DNA of 64,000 bases, taken from Salpingoeca rosetta. Taxonomy: Eukaryota; Protista; Choanoflagellata. The notes under the pieces are model-generated. The model searched no databases. It worked only from the letters and a program-made list of their open reading frames with translations, and was not told the DNA's origin. Each line of letters opens with the position of its first letter. Within the stretch, counting starts at the first letter, position 1. The translations under genes and the position numbers were made by a program. Below are positions 31,563-63,637 of this stretch, piece by piece. The stretch lies in contig JAWQFM010000026.1 in assembly GCA_033442325.1 (NCBI GenBank), forward strand, positions 532,706 through 596,705, in the 5' to 3' direction.

Positions 31563-32681
31563 GTGTGTGTGTGTGCGTGTGTGCTTGCTTGTGCGTGTGT
31601 GTGTGTTATCATGTGTGCGTGTCATCCAGTCCCCAATTACCTCCCCATCCAATCCAGCTTCCCGCCACCCACATCCCCCCTCGTCAACCCTCATCCTCCC
31701 TCGCCTACGACACGCTCGCTCTCTCCTCAATGGCAGCGTGGCTGGCTGGTCTGGTGCTGCTCAAGGACGCGACGATGATGTTGGCCAGCTTCTATATCCG
31801 CTACTCGTCCCTCAAGGCCGTGCAAACAACACCGGTGCGCTGGCAGCGAGGGCGGAGGGAGGCAGGAGAGAAGTGAAGTGAAACAGTGAAGTGTACGCGT
31901 GGGGTGAGGAGAGAGGAGACAGAAACGTGCAGACTTTGCAAACGGCAGTGCACACACGCACAAACACATACACCCGCATGTACACATTGCGAAAACACAC
32001 ACATACACATTGTGCGTACACATACATCCACACATCCACACGCACACACACATGTATATCCAGACACACGCAAACACACACACATGTATATCCACACACA
32101 CACATACACGCAAACACACACACGTACACCACCACGCGTATTCAGCATGCTGTGCATTGTCGTGTATGCAACCACTCATCCATGTTCGGCGGCGTGTGTT
32201 CTGCATGTGCGGATTTCAATCAACACCGCCGGCAGGTCACGGCGAGTGATTACTTCAATCTCAAGCGTCCAACCGTGCGCGTTATCCCGTCGTTTATCGC
32301 AAAGGTGGTGCACACGAACACGCGCTCACATGTGCCGAGGCACACACGCATATATGTGTGCGCACGCTGGCTGCAACCTCACTCATATGCACATACATAC
32401 ATGCACGCGCACGCACGCACGTCCTCTCTCCGTCTGCAGGTGAACACGGCAGTACAGCTGTCCCTGTTTGCGTTTCTCATTGCACAGCAGGCGTTCCCAA
32501 CAGCGCTCGCCCTCGACCCACAACACGCAACCATCATTTGGTGCGTGTGTGTATGTGCATATGCATATGCATATGTGTGTGTGCATATGCGTGTGTGTGC
32601 ATGGCCATCACTAACACTTGTATCCCTTGCTCACACGACAAGTCCGGTCTCTCACCATCACACACACACGCACACACACAC

Positions 32682-32756
<75 letters not shown>

Positions 32757-32849
32757 GGCGTGACTGGCTTCACGACGTTTGCTGCTGGACTGACGTATGT
32801 TCGCTCCACCACTGCCCTTCAATACTTGCACAAGTACAAGGCGTCGTGA
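30226..32849 (+). CDS. CRLS1: Cardiolipin synthase (CDP-alcohol phosphatidyltransferase) with a long N-terminal extension resembling a mitochondrial targeting sequence
   Basis: TVPNMLSLYRI..ISDW/LDGAIARKFPSQRSILGTVVDPFADK carries the CDP-alcohol motif DG..AR..G...D..AD. PSFIAKVNTAVQ follows. N-terminus is R/A/S-rich. Stop at 32849. Confidence 0.85.
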
Positions 32850-33178
32850 CAGCAGCAGCTGCAATGACACACGCACGTCTGCCTTGGATGGCTGGTTATT
32901 GTATTGGCTGTGTAACTGTGGCTCGCTAGTGTTCTGCAGTGCTTGTCACGTTGTGCGTGTGGGTGTGTGTGCGTCAGCGTACGAACGTGGGTGGTAGAAT
33001 AGCGGTTGTGTATGTGTGTTTGAACGACGTGGTTCTGGCAGAATAACACGGTTGTAACGGTGACCTGACAAGCCAGTGATGCGAGAGAAGAAGGGGAGAC
33101 GCGGGGGGGATTCCTATTCACAGCACAAAACAAAACAAAAAAAAACCACAATTGCCCATACTCAGGTAGTTTCCGTCG

Positions 33179-33234
<56 letters not shown>

Positions 33235-33369
33235 CGCACGCACACACACACTTTCGCATTCCTGTACTCATTCTGTTCACATGCTGCTGCTGCTGCTTTA
33301 CATGCACGCAATAGTCGCGTTCAGATACACGCAGTCGCATATGGGGGTGCCATCACCGAGATCTATGCG

Positions 33370-36554
<3,185 letters not shown>

Positions 36555-36986
36555 CGTCAGCGACTTTGTCGTTGTGTGAATGTTGCTTTGACCCTTCTCT
36601 TCTTGTTCCTTGTTGTTGATGATGATGGCAGTGATTGATGGCAGCAGTGTGGTGGTGGTGCTATGTGCCGTCATCCACTTCTTCCCTCCCCTCTCCTCAA
36701 CCTCTCCTGCCCACTTGTTGGATGTGTGATTCGTTTATGTGTGTGTGTGTGCGCGCGCGAACAGGTGGGTGATGGCGGACGTAAGTGGTGTGAGGTGGTG
36801 TGTGATGTGAACGGAACGTGACAAGCAAGCAAGCAGGCAGGCGAGCGAGCAAGCAGGCAAGCCAACATAACACAATCGTGAAGAAAGAAAGGTGGACGAG
36901 ACACAAGCTGATTGGTGGTGGTGCACATGTGGAAGCAGACGTACACAGCTGCATGTGCGTGTGTGCTGTGCTGTGTGCGTGTGTGA

Positions 36987-39900
36987 TTAGGCTTCGGAGT
37001 GGAGAGCAAACTGCATTTCCTCGTCATCAAAGGCGTTGTTGTCCAGTCGAGACGCGCCTGCGCAGCGAACCACGTGCATAGAATGAACACAGTGGAGGGA
37101 GGGGTCGTGTTGATGAAAGAAAGACGGAACATGCAACAATGAAGGGGGGTATGCAGTGAAGCAGGCAGAGTGCCAGGCACTGAACTGGTCGACACACAAC
37201 ACACACAACACACACAACACACACAACACACACACACACAACGTACCTTGGTATGGGCGCACTTGCTTGCGATAGATGTAAACGCTGCCCCAAGCAAGCA
37301 CAATCACTGCAAAGCATAATTGTTGTATCACACACAAACACACGTGAGTCGAAGAAAGAGAACAAGAGGAAACAAGGCAGAACACACGCACGCACACACA
37401 CAACCAACACACACTCTCTCTCACCCCCACCCCCCACTCACAATCACAATCACAATGTGACTGACTTCCAACGATGATGCCAACAGCGAGGCCCGCCTTC
37501 TGTGTTCCAGTGAGACTGCCACGCGAGCTGTCGGGCCCGCTTGCCGCCGTTGTTGTCGCCTGCCCAGCCGCTGTTGTTGTTGTCGTGTGCCCGCTGTGGC
37601 CGGTTGTTGTCGTGTGCCCGCTGTGGCCCGTGGAGGTGGTGGACGTGTGGCCACTGTGTGCTGTCGTCGTTGTCGTTGTCGTCGTCGTTGTCGTGTTGGC
37701 GGCGGGTGTAGTTGTATCTCCACCTGCTGCGGTTGTGCTGGAGCTGCTTGTGCTTGTGCTGGTGCTTGTGCTTGTGCTGGTGCTTGTACCGGGTGCGGAG
37801 GTGGTGGTGGTCGTTGTGGATGCCGTGGTGGTGACGGGGCCAAGCGCCGCAGCGTCAACGAGCGATGCGCACGCCTGGCGCGACGGTGCATACTCCTCGC
37901 CGTGGATCACAATCGACCTGTGCAGCAACACGAAAGTGGAAGGAAGAAGGGGGGGGGGGACATGCAAGTACAAGCATGTGTCAAAGAAGAGCACTTTTCA
38001 CACGCTGATAACACAAATGACAACCCGACAAGACACAAAGCACCTTCACACCACCACACGACCACACCACACCACCACCACCACATCACCACACCACATC
38101 ATAGCACACCACACCACCACAGAGCGGCCCACCTGTTTGCGACGGATGCGGGGCCGAAGAGCGGCATCTGCACATCCACGAACATGATGCGCTGGCGGTG
38201 CTCGCGGCGAGGAACGTCTGCACACCACACCATACGACATCACATCACACGGCACCGTCATGGTTAGGGGGAGGGGAGTCATGTCAGGGGGATGTGGTGG
38301 TGACGGCGAAGGGAGGAGACAAGGTCTTTTAGGCACAAGCAAGCATAGAATGAACACGAACAAACACACACACACACACACATACACACGCACACAAACG
38401 CGCGCGCGCACACACACACACACAACAAACAAACCAAACAAACCAAACAAACCAAACAAACAAACAAACAAACAAACAAACAAATAGCGCAGCGTCTCAC
38501 CGATGGCGCCGTGCTTGCCGGCAAAGTCGCCTACTTCGCACTGGAAGGGGGCAGTTTCGTGGCACCTGAGACACAACAGCAGGGGCGATGGTGAGGTTGT
38601 GGGTCATTGCGAGCACAAAGAACAAAGCAACGCTCCGGCGGCGTGTGCAAGCTGTGCTTGCATGCACTCCCAACGCTTTCAAGTCGACAGACCGTTGTGG
38701 GTATGGGTCCTCGCAGACAGACTTTTCTGGAATCCAAACGCATTTGTCAAAGGGATCAAAGTGTCCACCGGCACTGCTGCAGTCAAACGTCTCCTCATCA
38801 ACAGGCGTCTCGTGGATGTGCCACAGGTGGGACTGTATCAATCATGGAAAATGTGTACGAGTGTGTGTATGTGTACGCGTATTATGTGTGTAGGTTGGGT
38901 ATGCACGTGTATGTGTGCGTGTGAAGGTTGCGTGTGTGTGTACGGTTGGATGAGAACGAGAGGTAGTCGAGAGAAGCCATTTGTTGTTGTCCCCAACACA
39001 AAGAACCCGTGCTTTCCAGCGCCACCACCACCACCTCTCGGCACCACGGCCCACGCGACCTCACCCGGCTGAGGACAGCGCCGGCGCCGCTGCCGTACAC
39101 GTCCACGATGATGGCCGTCTCCGACGTCGCGTCCGTCGAGTTGATGAGCTCGTCATACACCTGCACATACACACATGCACGCACGTACACACACGGGCAG
39201 AGGAGGGGGTGGTGGTGATGAGGGAGGGGAGGCGTGCGTGTGAAAGAAGATGGGCTGGAGACCTTGAAAGGTGTGGAGCGCATCGACTGAAACAGGGGTA
39301 CACGCCCAACCATGTTTCAACAAGGATTCACACGACACGCACACACACACACACAGAGAGAGATACACACAGATACACACACACACGCATACGCGCGCGC
39401 ACCATTGCTTGCTCGAGGCGAATGTAGCCGCGAATGCAGTTGTTCTTGTCGTTGCAGAAGTGGTCAAACTGTGCAATTTGGACAATAGTTGGAGCGTGGA
39501 AGCCGACGGTGCCGCAGAACACGTGCTCGCCAGCTCTCAGCACAACCCCGCTGATGGTGGCGGTGGGTGTGCGCGCGTGTGTTGCGTGTTGGGGAGAGGG
39601 GGGTGAACGAGAAGGGATTTCGGAAGGCCGGGGGTGGGGAAGCGTGAAAGGACCGAGGCACACAAAACACACACACGCACACACACACACACCACAACCA
39701 CACGCAAAACACGAAGCACACAAACACAAACACACGAACACGCACGAAAACACACACTTCCTCTCTCTCTCTCTCTCATGTTGACACAGACAACAGTAGC
39801 GTCTCCCCGTGCACGCACCGGCCCATGATTGTCTGCTGTCCAAAGAGGGAGATGGTGTTGGTGCTGCCGGAGAGCGTGTCATTCTGCACAGACACATGTG

Positions 39901-40927
39901 CGCTGATGTCGCCAACACCTGCATGGGCGAGAGGCAACAATGCCATGAGAGAACAGTGGCATGTACGAAACAAACACACACACACACACCACGCACACAC
40001 ACACACACACACACACACCACGCACACACACCACGCGATGTATTTGTGCACACACAACACACAAAACACATACACCAACAAGCAAATGTACGAACAAACA
40101 CGCAAGCGCCGTTCGCACCGTTGTGCAGGACACCGCCGAGGATTGTGCAATCGGGCGTCTCGCCATCCTCCTCATGCGGGGGAAGTTCGTGAACCACAAG
40201 CTGGGCATGGTGTGACTCCTCGATCGTGCTGAGGTCAGCCCACACGCTGACGGTCTGTCCAACCTGTCTGAAATGGACCTCCACAGCGTGCCCGTCCTGG
40301 TCTGTCAGCGCCGCTGTGACGTTGCGTTGGCGAATCGGTGGCGGTTGCCTTGATGGTGATGTATGGTGGTGGTAGCAGATGGTGGTGAATGGTATCGTGT
40401 GAGAATTGAGTTGGAAGTGGAAGCAGTCGCCACAACAAAATGCAAGACAAGGGGTGAGTTGCACACGTGCACACGCACAAAGAACATGAAGAAGCACGCA
40501 CACACACAAACACACAAACACCCAAACACACACACACACACAAAGAACGATGCGAAATGACGTACATGTCAAAGAGGGAGGCGCATGCGATGCGGGGCGC
40601 CTGCTGGTTTTCCTCATGGATCACAATGGACCTGAACACATACACACGCATAAACGCACAATGGTGAGGTGGACTACATGCACACACACACACACACACA
40701 CAAGCACGCGCAGTTACGTTGCATATGCGTGCCTGCAAGCAAGAAGAGGGGCACCTGTCTGCGATGGAGTATGGCCCAAAGACGGGCGCCTGCACATCAA
40801 CAAACACGCGCCGCTCCCGGTCCGCAGCAAGCGGAATGTCTTCATGGCGATGGTGGTGGTGGTGGTGGTTGAAGGTGAATTGACTGAATGGGCTGCGACA
40901 TAAGAAATGGCTCTGTTGCGTGCGTGC

Positions 40928-40975
<48 letters not shown>

Positions 40976-42371
40976 CCCTTCGTAGGTGAAGCAACAGCAT
41001 CATCACTATTGGTGGAACGTGCAAGCGCGCATCGCACCGATTGGAGAAAGCTTGCTGGACTGGTCGCCAACTTCGCACGCGAGTGGCGTGTCGGGTGTGC
41101 AGCTGTGCGAACATGTAATGTGACGTGTATGGCGGTATTGGTGTGTGCATGTGCGTGCGTGCATGCATGTGCATTTGTGTGTCAGTGTGTGCGGAGTCAC
41201 AGGCATGCACATCAAGTCAAACGAGTGCAGCAGTGCAGTAGTGCAGTAGTACAGCAGAACAGTACAGGTGTTGACGTACAGGAACGGGTATGGGTCGCGG
41301 CAGTGGGTGCCGGCCCAGGAGCACACGGCAAACGGGTCAAAATGGCCTGGAGTGCACCGTGCAGGAGAGATGGCACGTGTCACAACCACGCACGCGCAGC
41401 TTCAAAATAGCAAACAGGCCGTGCCGCTGTGATGACCACCACCACCACCACCACCACCACCACCACCACCACCGCCGCTGTCGTGGCTGTTGTCGCACCT
41501 GCTGTGCTGGCGCAATCGCCGGGGGAGTCCACACGCTCCTCGTGCACGTGCCAGTTGTGCGCCTGAAGGGATAGTGATGGTGGTGATCGTGGAGAAGATG
41601 GTAGTCGCAACCGTGGCCATGAGTGCACACGAACACACAAACACATGCACAAATTGAACCAACGACCATACACACATGAACACATATGAACACATATGAA
41701 CACAACCTCACACGAGCACGCAACCTCACACGAACATTCAACTCCGCGACATGTTGTGTGTGTGTGCGTGTGTGCGTGTGTGCTGACCGTTGAGGCGTTT
41801 GCGGTGGGGCCATCGCGGTAGACGTCAACAATGAAGATGGTCTCGGACGTCTCGCCCATGCCAGCAACAACCTCTCCGCCAACCTGGCCACGCAACAAGC
41901 ACAACGCGACACAACACATCAGCAACCGCAGCATTGCAGGAAGGAGCAGCCGTCGTGTCGTGCGCTTTGAAGAACTACTGTGGCAGCGGGATAGCACAGA
42001 GATGCAAACACACGCGCACGCACTCACATGCACGCACCACACACATACTTTCTGCACACACAAACACAAATACAAACACAAATACAAACACAAACACAAA
42101 CACAAACACAAACACAAACACAAACACAAACACAAACACAAACACAAACACAAACACAAACACAAACACAAGAACGCACCACGGGCTGCTCAACACGGAT
42201 GTAACCGCGCACGCACGCGCCGTCGGCCTCTGTTTCGCAGTCGTCGCCAAAGTGGGCGACCTGCACCGTGGTCGCGCCGTGGAAGCCAATGTTGCCGCAC
42301 ACAACCGCCGTCTCCCCGCCCTGCGTGATGCGAAGTACAACAGACCTGATGCGTTGTGTGTGTGTGTGTGC

Positions 42372-42402
<31 letters not shown>

Positions 42403-44671
42403 AGAGAAAGAGAGAAAGCAGATGGTGAGAGCATGCAATGTCACCCTCAGCAGCTTCAGCAACGCCACGCCATTCTTGTCAAGCCCACGAGCAAGCGCGG
42501 CGCACGTCGACGCGCACCTCCCCATGATGGTGTCCTTGCCAAAGAGCGTGAGGGCGTCGGTGGTGGCGGTGATGGTGCCATCGTCGCCAGCAGCGATGCT
42601 GCCAATTGATCCGGCGTCTGTTTGAAACGAGACCAGAGAGACGGGGATGGGTGATGTGGATGGTGGCACGGTGCAACGTGTGGTGATGCATAGCGCGTGA
42701 GCTGTGACTTTGGGGGTGATTTGATTCACACATTAGCGAGCAGGCAAGTGCTGCTGCCCAACACACACGAAACACAAACACACACGCACACGCACGCACA
42801 CACGCACACGCAGGCACACACGCATCCACGATACATGCGTCTATCTCACCTTGGCCGAAGATGGCGCCTACGTCGGTGCAGTCCGTGCCGTTGTCGGTGC
42901 GAACCGGCAGCTCATGCACCTCAACCTCAATCTCCGCACTGCCGCCGCTGCCGTCAATCCACGCACTCACGTCGCCCTCAATGGTCAACTCGTCACCAAC
43001 CTGCGCAAACACGACGTGTGCGTGACCGCTATGGCCAGTGTGGCCAGTGTGGCCCGTGTGGCCCGTGTGGTGGGCTGCTGCGTTGTTCTCCCACAGGCTC
43101 GCTGTCACCGTCCGCGAACGCACGCGGGGCACAGGGCTGCAACAATGGTGAGTGGGTGGTGTTCGTGGTGTGTAAGGGGATAAATCACCATCTACTTGCA
43201 TTTCTCATCTGTTTGAAGCACAAACTAATAGTCACGCACACACGCACACGCACGCACACATGCAAACACGCATACAGACGTACACGCATACAGACGCACG
43301 CGCACGCACACGCACACGCACACGCACACGCACACGCACACACACGCAAACACGCATTCAGACGCACACACGCACACACACATACACGCACGGCCTCACC
43401 GGTCTGTGAGAGAAGCGCAGGCGAAGCGGGCGGGCGACTCGTCCGCTGCGTGAACCACAATGGACCTGCAAGGTAAAAGTATGGAAGAATGGACATGCAC
43501 ACAGGACACGGTGTGTGTGTGTGTGTGTGTGCACGCGCAAGCAGTGCATGCGGTATTGTGTGAATCGGTGCATGAATGACACCAATGCGGTGCAAGGGGT
43601 GATGGAAGATTGGCTCGTGTGCACAAAACAAACTCAAAAACAAAAACATCAACAGAAACACAAACACACAAACACGCACCGGCATCACCACATCACCACA
43701 CAAACACCACCGCGGCCACCAATGCTTCGCACCTGTTTGCAACGGAGAGGGGGCCAAAGAGTGGCAGCTGCACATCAACAAAGCGCTGGCGGTGGCGATG
43801 CGTTTCAAGTGGCAAGTCTGATGGGGTGATGGTGGTTGCGGCACGGGGAAGAGCAAAGGTGAGGGTGATGGGCAGTGCACACGCCAAAGAACGCTGCGTC
43901 AAGCACATCAGCCCACACTATCCATGTCACCACACACACACACACATACACACGCACACAAACGCACACACACACATAGCGCAACGTCTCACCGATGGCG
44001 CCGTGCTTGCCGGCAAAGTCGCCAACTTCGCAGTCGAGAGGAGTGGAGGGCGAGCAGCTGCAGGTGGTAGCAGTGGTGATAGCAATGGTGTCAGTGGCAA
44101 ACTTTGGAAGTGATCAACAGCACGCACACACACACACACACATGCACGCACGCAAGCAAGGGCGGGTGTGACTGACAGCATGGGATATGGCCAGGCGCAG
44201 GTGGAGTTGTCGAGCCAGACGCACACGTCAAAGGGATCCCAGTGGCCTGCAGGGAACAAAGTGGCGGGCGAGCAGAAGCGTGGATGAGAGGCGAGTGGAT
44301 GCAGGGGTGCAGGAAGGGGATGAAGGAAGGGGGTGCAGACGCAGGAACGCAAGATGGGGTGGCCGAATTTGGGATGACGTGAGACGGGGGAAGGGAAAGT
44401 GAAGGAGCAAAGGAAGTGGAAGGGGGTGACAAGCAATGAGAAAAAGGACAGGAAGGGAGACAGGAAGCGAAGACGAAGATGAACAAAGACGTCAGCGAAC
44501 GACAAAAACCGCCAACCAAAATGAAACGCAGGACACGTTGGCATGGGTGTGCGACATTGAGTTGAGCAAGTGCATGGAGCAGCGCTCGTGCATGGCAGCC
44601 GTACCTTCAGTAGAGGAACAGGCAAAGGTGGTTTCGTTCACGGGCTTCTCGTGGATATGCCACAAGTGGGC

Positions 44672-44754
<83 letters not shown>

Positions 44755-46250
44755 CGCACGATACAAAGGTTGTATGAGCTGTGTGGATGTGTGGCTCAAC
44801 ACATCATGACAAACCCACCAAGCACGTGAGCTCGCGCAACACACGCGTGCACGAGGACATGTGCTTGTGTGCACGCACCATGCTGGTCTCGGCGCCGGTT
44901 GCGCGGTAATACAGGTCTGTGAGCACAATGGTCTCGCTCGTGTCGTTCATGGTAGCAATCACATCATCGGCAACCTGCAGCACAGGGGGGGGGGGATCAA
45001 GCGGGCAATCATGAGGCGCTGGTGAGCAGCTGAACAATTGAGGGAACGAGGACGAGGATGTCAACCTGACGCACACCCACTCACTCACACCCACACACTC
45101 ACGCACACACACTCACTCTCCCACTCACTCACACACTCACTCACTCACCATTGGCTGGATGAGGGTGATGGTGCCGAGGACACAGTAGTCAGAGCCTGGC
45201 TGGCAGAAGCGGCCAAAGTCCGCCACTTGCACGATGGTGGGCGCGTGGAAGCCGACGTCACCACAGGCAATGGTCAGGTTATTGGCGTCCACAAACACAA
45301 TGGAGCTGACATGTTGGGGGGTTGCAAGTGACAATTGGAGCGGCAGGGCATGTTGGCGTGCGGGTGAGGTGATGGTGAAGGCAAGTGCAAAACAGGACGA
45401 GCACACAATAACATCAGCAACTGCCGTTCATGTCCACACCTGCCCATGATGGAGTATGCGCCATAGAGGGTCGTGTCATTGGCTAGGAGGGTGGCCTGTC
45501 CGCCCTCAATTTGCAAGAGTGGGGTTCGTTGACCAAGGGCGCTGCAGTCGCCATTCTCGGGCACGGGAAGCTGGCCCAGGTGCACTGTGCCGTTCACGCC
45601 CTCGGGCATGGACCCACTCACAGTCAAGGCATCATTCCAGCTCTCCTACAGCCGGAAAATGTTGGAAAACAGCACACGTTCCAATGCACGTGGTGAGAGC
45701 TCAGTCAGTGACGCAGTGTGTGGTGTAGTGTAGCCACGTGTGTGTGTGTGTGTGTGTGTGTGGATGGGTGTGTGCGTGTGTGTGTGTCTGTCTGTGTGTC
45801 TGTGTCCTGTGTGTGTGTCTGTGTGTCTGTGTCTCTGTGTGTGTGTGTGTGTGCATGTGTGTGTGTGTGTGTGCGTGTGGAGGACGGTGCAACACAGTGG
45901 GCAATGTCCATCCAGTGATGTACAATTGGCACTGGCACAAACACACACGCACCTGGCGAAACTCAAACTCCACGTCGACGGCGTTGAGGTATGCGGGCAC
46001 GACGCGTTCCGCTGTGATGAGAACAAGGTTGATGGGCATGAGGGTCGAAGGGCGCGGCAACGCTCGCACACGCATTCTACACTTAGACACACACACACAC
46101 ACTCCTTCACACACACACTCTCTCACTCACTCTCTCTCTCTCTCTCATTACTCCCTCTCACACTCACTCACCGCATGCTGCGTGCTGCTGAGCGAGCAGC
46201 AGCAGCAGGACAGCCGATGCAAGAAGCAGCACAGGGCGCGGCATCATCAT
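36987..46250 (-). CDS. Type I membrane Cu-only SOD repeat protein (CSRP-like): signal peptide, three pairs of degenerate + Cu-only SOD domains, Thr-rich stalk, TM and short tail
   Basis: Signal peptide MMMPRPVLLLASAVLLLLLAQQHAAC. Three copies of WH(I/V)HE..C...GH(F/W)DPF..C..CEVGD...K..RSIV(I/V)H..R.AC (e.g. 44620-44670, 41530-41560, 38750-38835; RSIVxH at ~43460, ~40625, ~37910). Stalk 37500-37860. TM GLAVGIIV/..AVIVLAWGSVYIY; tail ends FALHSEA* at 36987. Confidence 0.85.
42058..42170. repeat. (CACAAA)n hexanucleotide microsatellite in an intron of the SOD repeat gene
   Basis: Seen directly. Confidence 0.9.
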
Positions 46251-46627
46251 CTTGGTTGCCTCAGTTCACAGTAGGTGTAGAAAAGTGATTGAAGTCTTTG
46301 AAGGAATTCGATCGCACCGCCTTGACGGTTTGCGAATTGTGCGCACATCATGTACAATTTGCAAAACCCGGCCAACGCTGCTGCCCGAGCCTCCGCCCAC
46401 TTTTGTGTGCTGTGTTCCTGTTGTGCCTTTGCCATCTTTGACCTTGACGAACAACAAACAAACACAAACAGCGAGACCGGTGTATGTGTTGGTGGTCTCT
46501 TCTTCAAGTGAAGAAACGTTTGAGAGGTTGAAGAGGAAGGCGGAGTGGCGACGTTGTTGATGAACTCGCGCGCGATCACACCGAGGCACATCGAAGTCAG
46601 ACAGCGAGCCAGTACCCAGCTTCACGA

Positions 46628-46691
<64 letters not shown>

Positions 46692-46799
46692 CGCAACTTG
46701 TAGCAAGGACGAACAAACAAGTACATGAAGCCCTGATCGCGGTATGCACTTGTATTCATCCCCCCCCCCAATACGCGCAAACACTCCGAAGAGGACATC

Positions 46800-58429
<11,630 letters not shown>

Positions 58430-60446
58430 ACACCCCCCACCCCCTCTCTCTCTGAAACGCGACCACAACAACCACAGCAACCGCAACCACGACATGTGTC
58501 GTTTCATTTCTCTGCTTCTGTTGTTTCAAATCATTGTCCCTGCAAGCGCGTTGGTTGTTGCCCCACCAACATTGTTTGCACGCTGCTTCGTGATCCGCGT
58601 TTGATTGTTTGATTGAGGTCGCGCTTCCTTTCGTTGTTGTGTTTGTGTTGTTTGTTGTGGCTGTGTGACATGCCATACTTATCGTTGTTGTTGTTGTGGT
58701 GACAGATGCAACGTTTGCCAATATTACCGTCAAGTGACATCATGTTCTCGAGGCAACACTTTATGCTCGCGTGCAAGCACCGTCGATCACATCATCCCCC
58801 GCATCGATCGCATGTCATCACCCACCACGTGGCTGCGTTTGCATGGGTTGGGCGCGGTGCAAAACAAACACAAACAAACAAAAACCAATGATTCGATGCG
58901 GTTTTATGGGCCGTTTTGCATGCAGGCAAGAAATCTTTCGCCTTCTTTCGTTCGCCTTCTGTTTCTTTGCTGCTTCTCCTGTGCTGTGCTCTTGCTTGCT
59001 TGCTTGTGTTGCTTTCTCCTCTTTCAACAGCAAAAGAAGCCCCCCCTGCCTGCTTCGCGTGTTTTGTTCGATCTTTGCAATCCTCTTCTCTTTCTTTGCC
59101 TCACCCACACGCACCTTAGTCACACATCACACATCAATCAAGCCAATATCGTCATCATCATCATCGAGCCATCCCACGTCATCCGCGCCGTCGACAACTT
59201 GCCGCTCATTTTGGCCTCACCACCACCACCTCTGCCACCACACGGACCACGCGCTACCCACTGCAGAGAGCCTGCAGGCACGCGCCCAAACGAACAGGGA
59301 AGCTGGTTGCTGCCGCTGCTGCTGCTTCAATATCCTTGTTACTTTTTGCCTTTGTCGCATTCCACGGGTGCCGTCATCGCCAACCACCTTGAACGCGCGA
59401 CGTCCAAGAGGTTCGTGCTGTTCGTGAACACGCTTGTCAACGACCCCTGCCGATGACGCCATCCAAGGAGGTCAAATTCTCGGAATTCGCGTGCTGGGTG
59501 CAGGACGTTGGGGACAAAGGAAGCTGAATGACATCCTCTGCCTTGCATGCCGATGTGTCAAGATATAGACTGTTGTTCTGCATGTCGTGTGACGAGCTCC
59601 CTCACCACTCCACCCTGCACCATTTCCGCCCTTGCTTGCTTCCCTTCACCACAAACAACCATTTCAGGCCACCTCGACGAGCAACACACACCTGCTTTCC
59701 TTAGCCATACATCGCATCGCGCCTTCCTTCCATCAGCCTCACGCCTTCCAACCTTTTGCTTCCAACTCTCTGACACCCCTTGCCCCCCCCCTCCCTTGGT
59801 AAGTTGCATGGGCCATGCTGTCTGTCAACCGAGAACTACAACCCCACCAGATGAGCGCAACGTGTTGTTGCCCTCGTCGTCATCACACGCGCAGTGACGT
59901 GTGGCTGATGTTGCACTCATCTTTCTGCCAGATGGCGGGGGTGACCTTGTGTGCTACACCCCACCACTGCGTGCTTTTTGTGTGCGTTGGGGGAAGGTGG
60001 TGATGGTGGTGATGATGATGACATTGCTGCCTTTGTTTTGCCGTACATGTGTCGTCTGGCATCATCACCCCGTCTTTATTTTCCCCTACTTCCCCCCCCC
60101 CACACACACACACATCCACTCCCCTGTGCCACGAACAACACGCGCGTGTGACCACGTTTCACCCGCCATGCCTTCTTCTCCCCTCGCAAAACGAACACCA
60201 ACCACAATACCACCACCAACAACAACTACAACCCTGCCATTTTCAGTTTCCTCCTCTTTCAATATGCCTCACCGCACACGCTCACAACAACATCATGAGC
60301 AGCAGCAACAGCAGCGAAACGATGATGATGATGAACGCACGAAGCTCACCTCTCACCTGCAACGTTTGCAACTCTACACTCTTGCCTGCAGGCAAGCCAT
60401 TGTCAAGCACTGCATTTCTGGCGCCATCACGTCACAAGCCACAACA

Positions 60447-63637
<3,191 letters not shown>

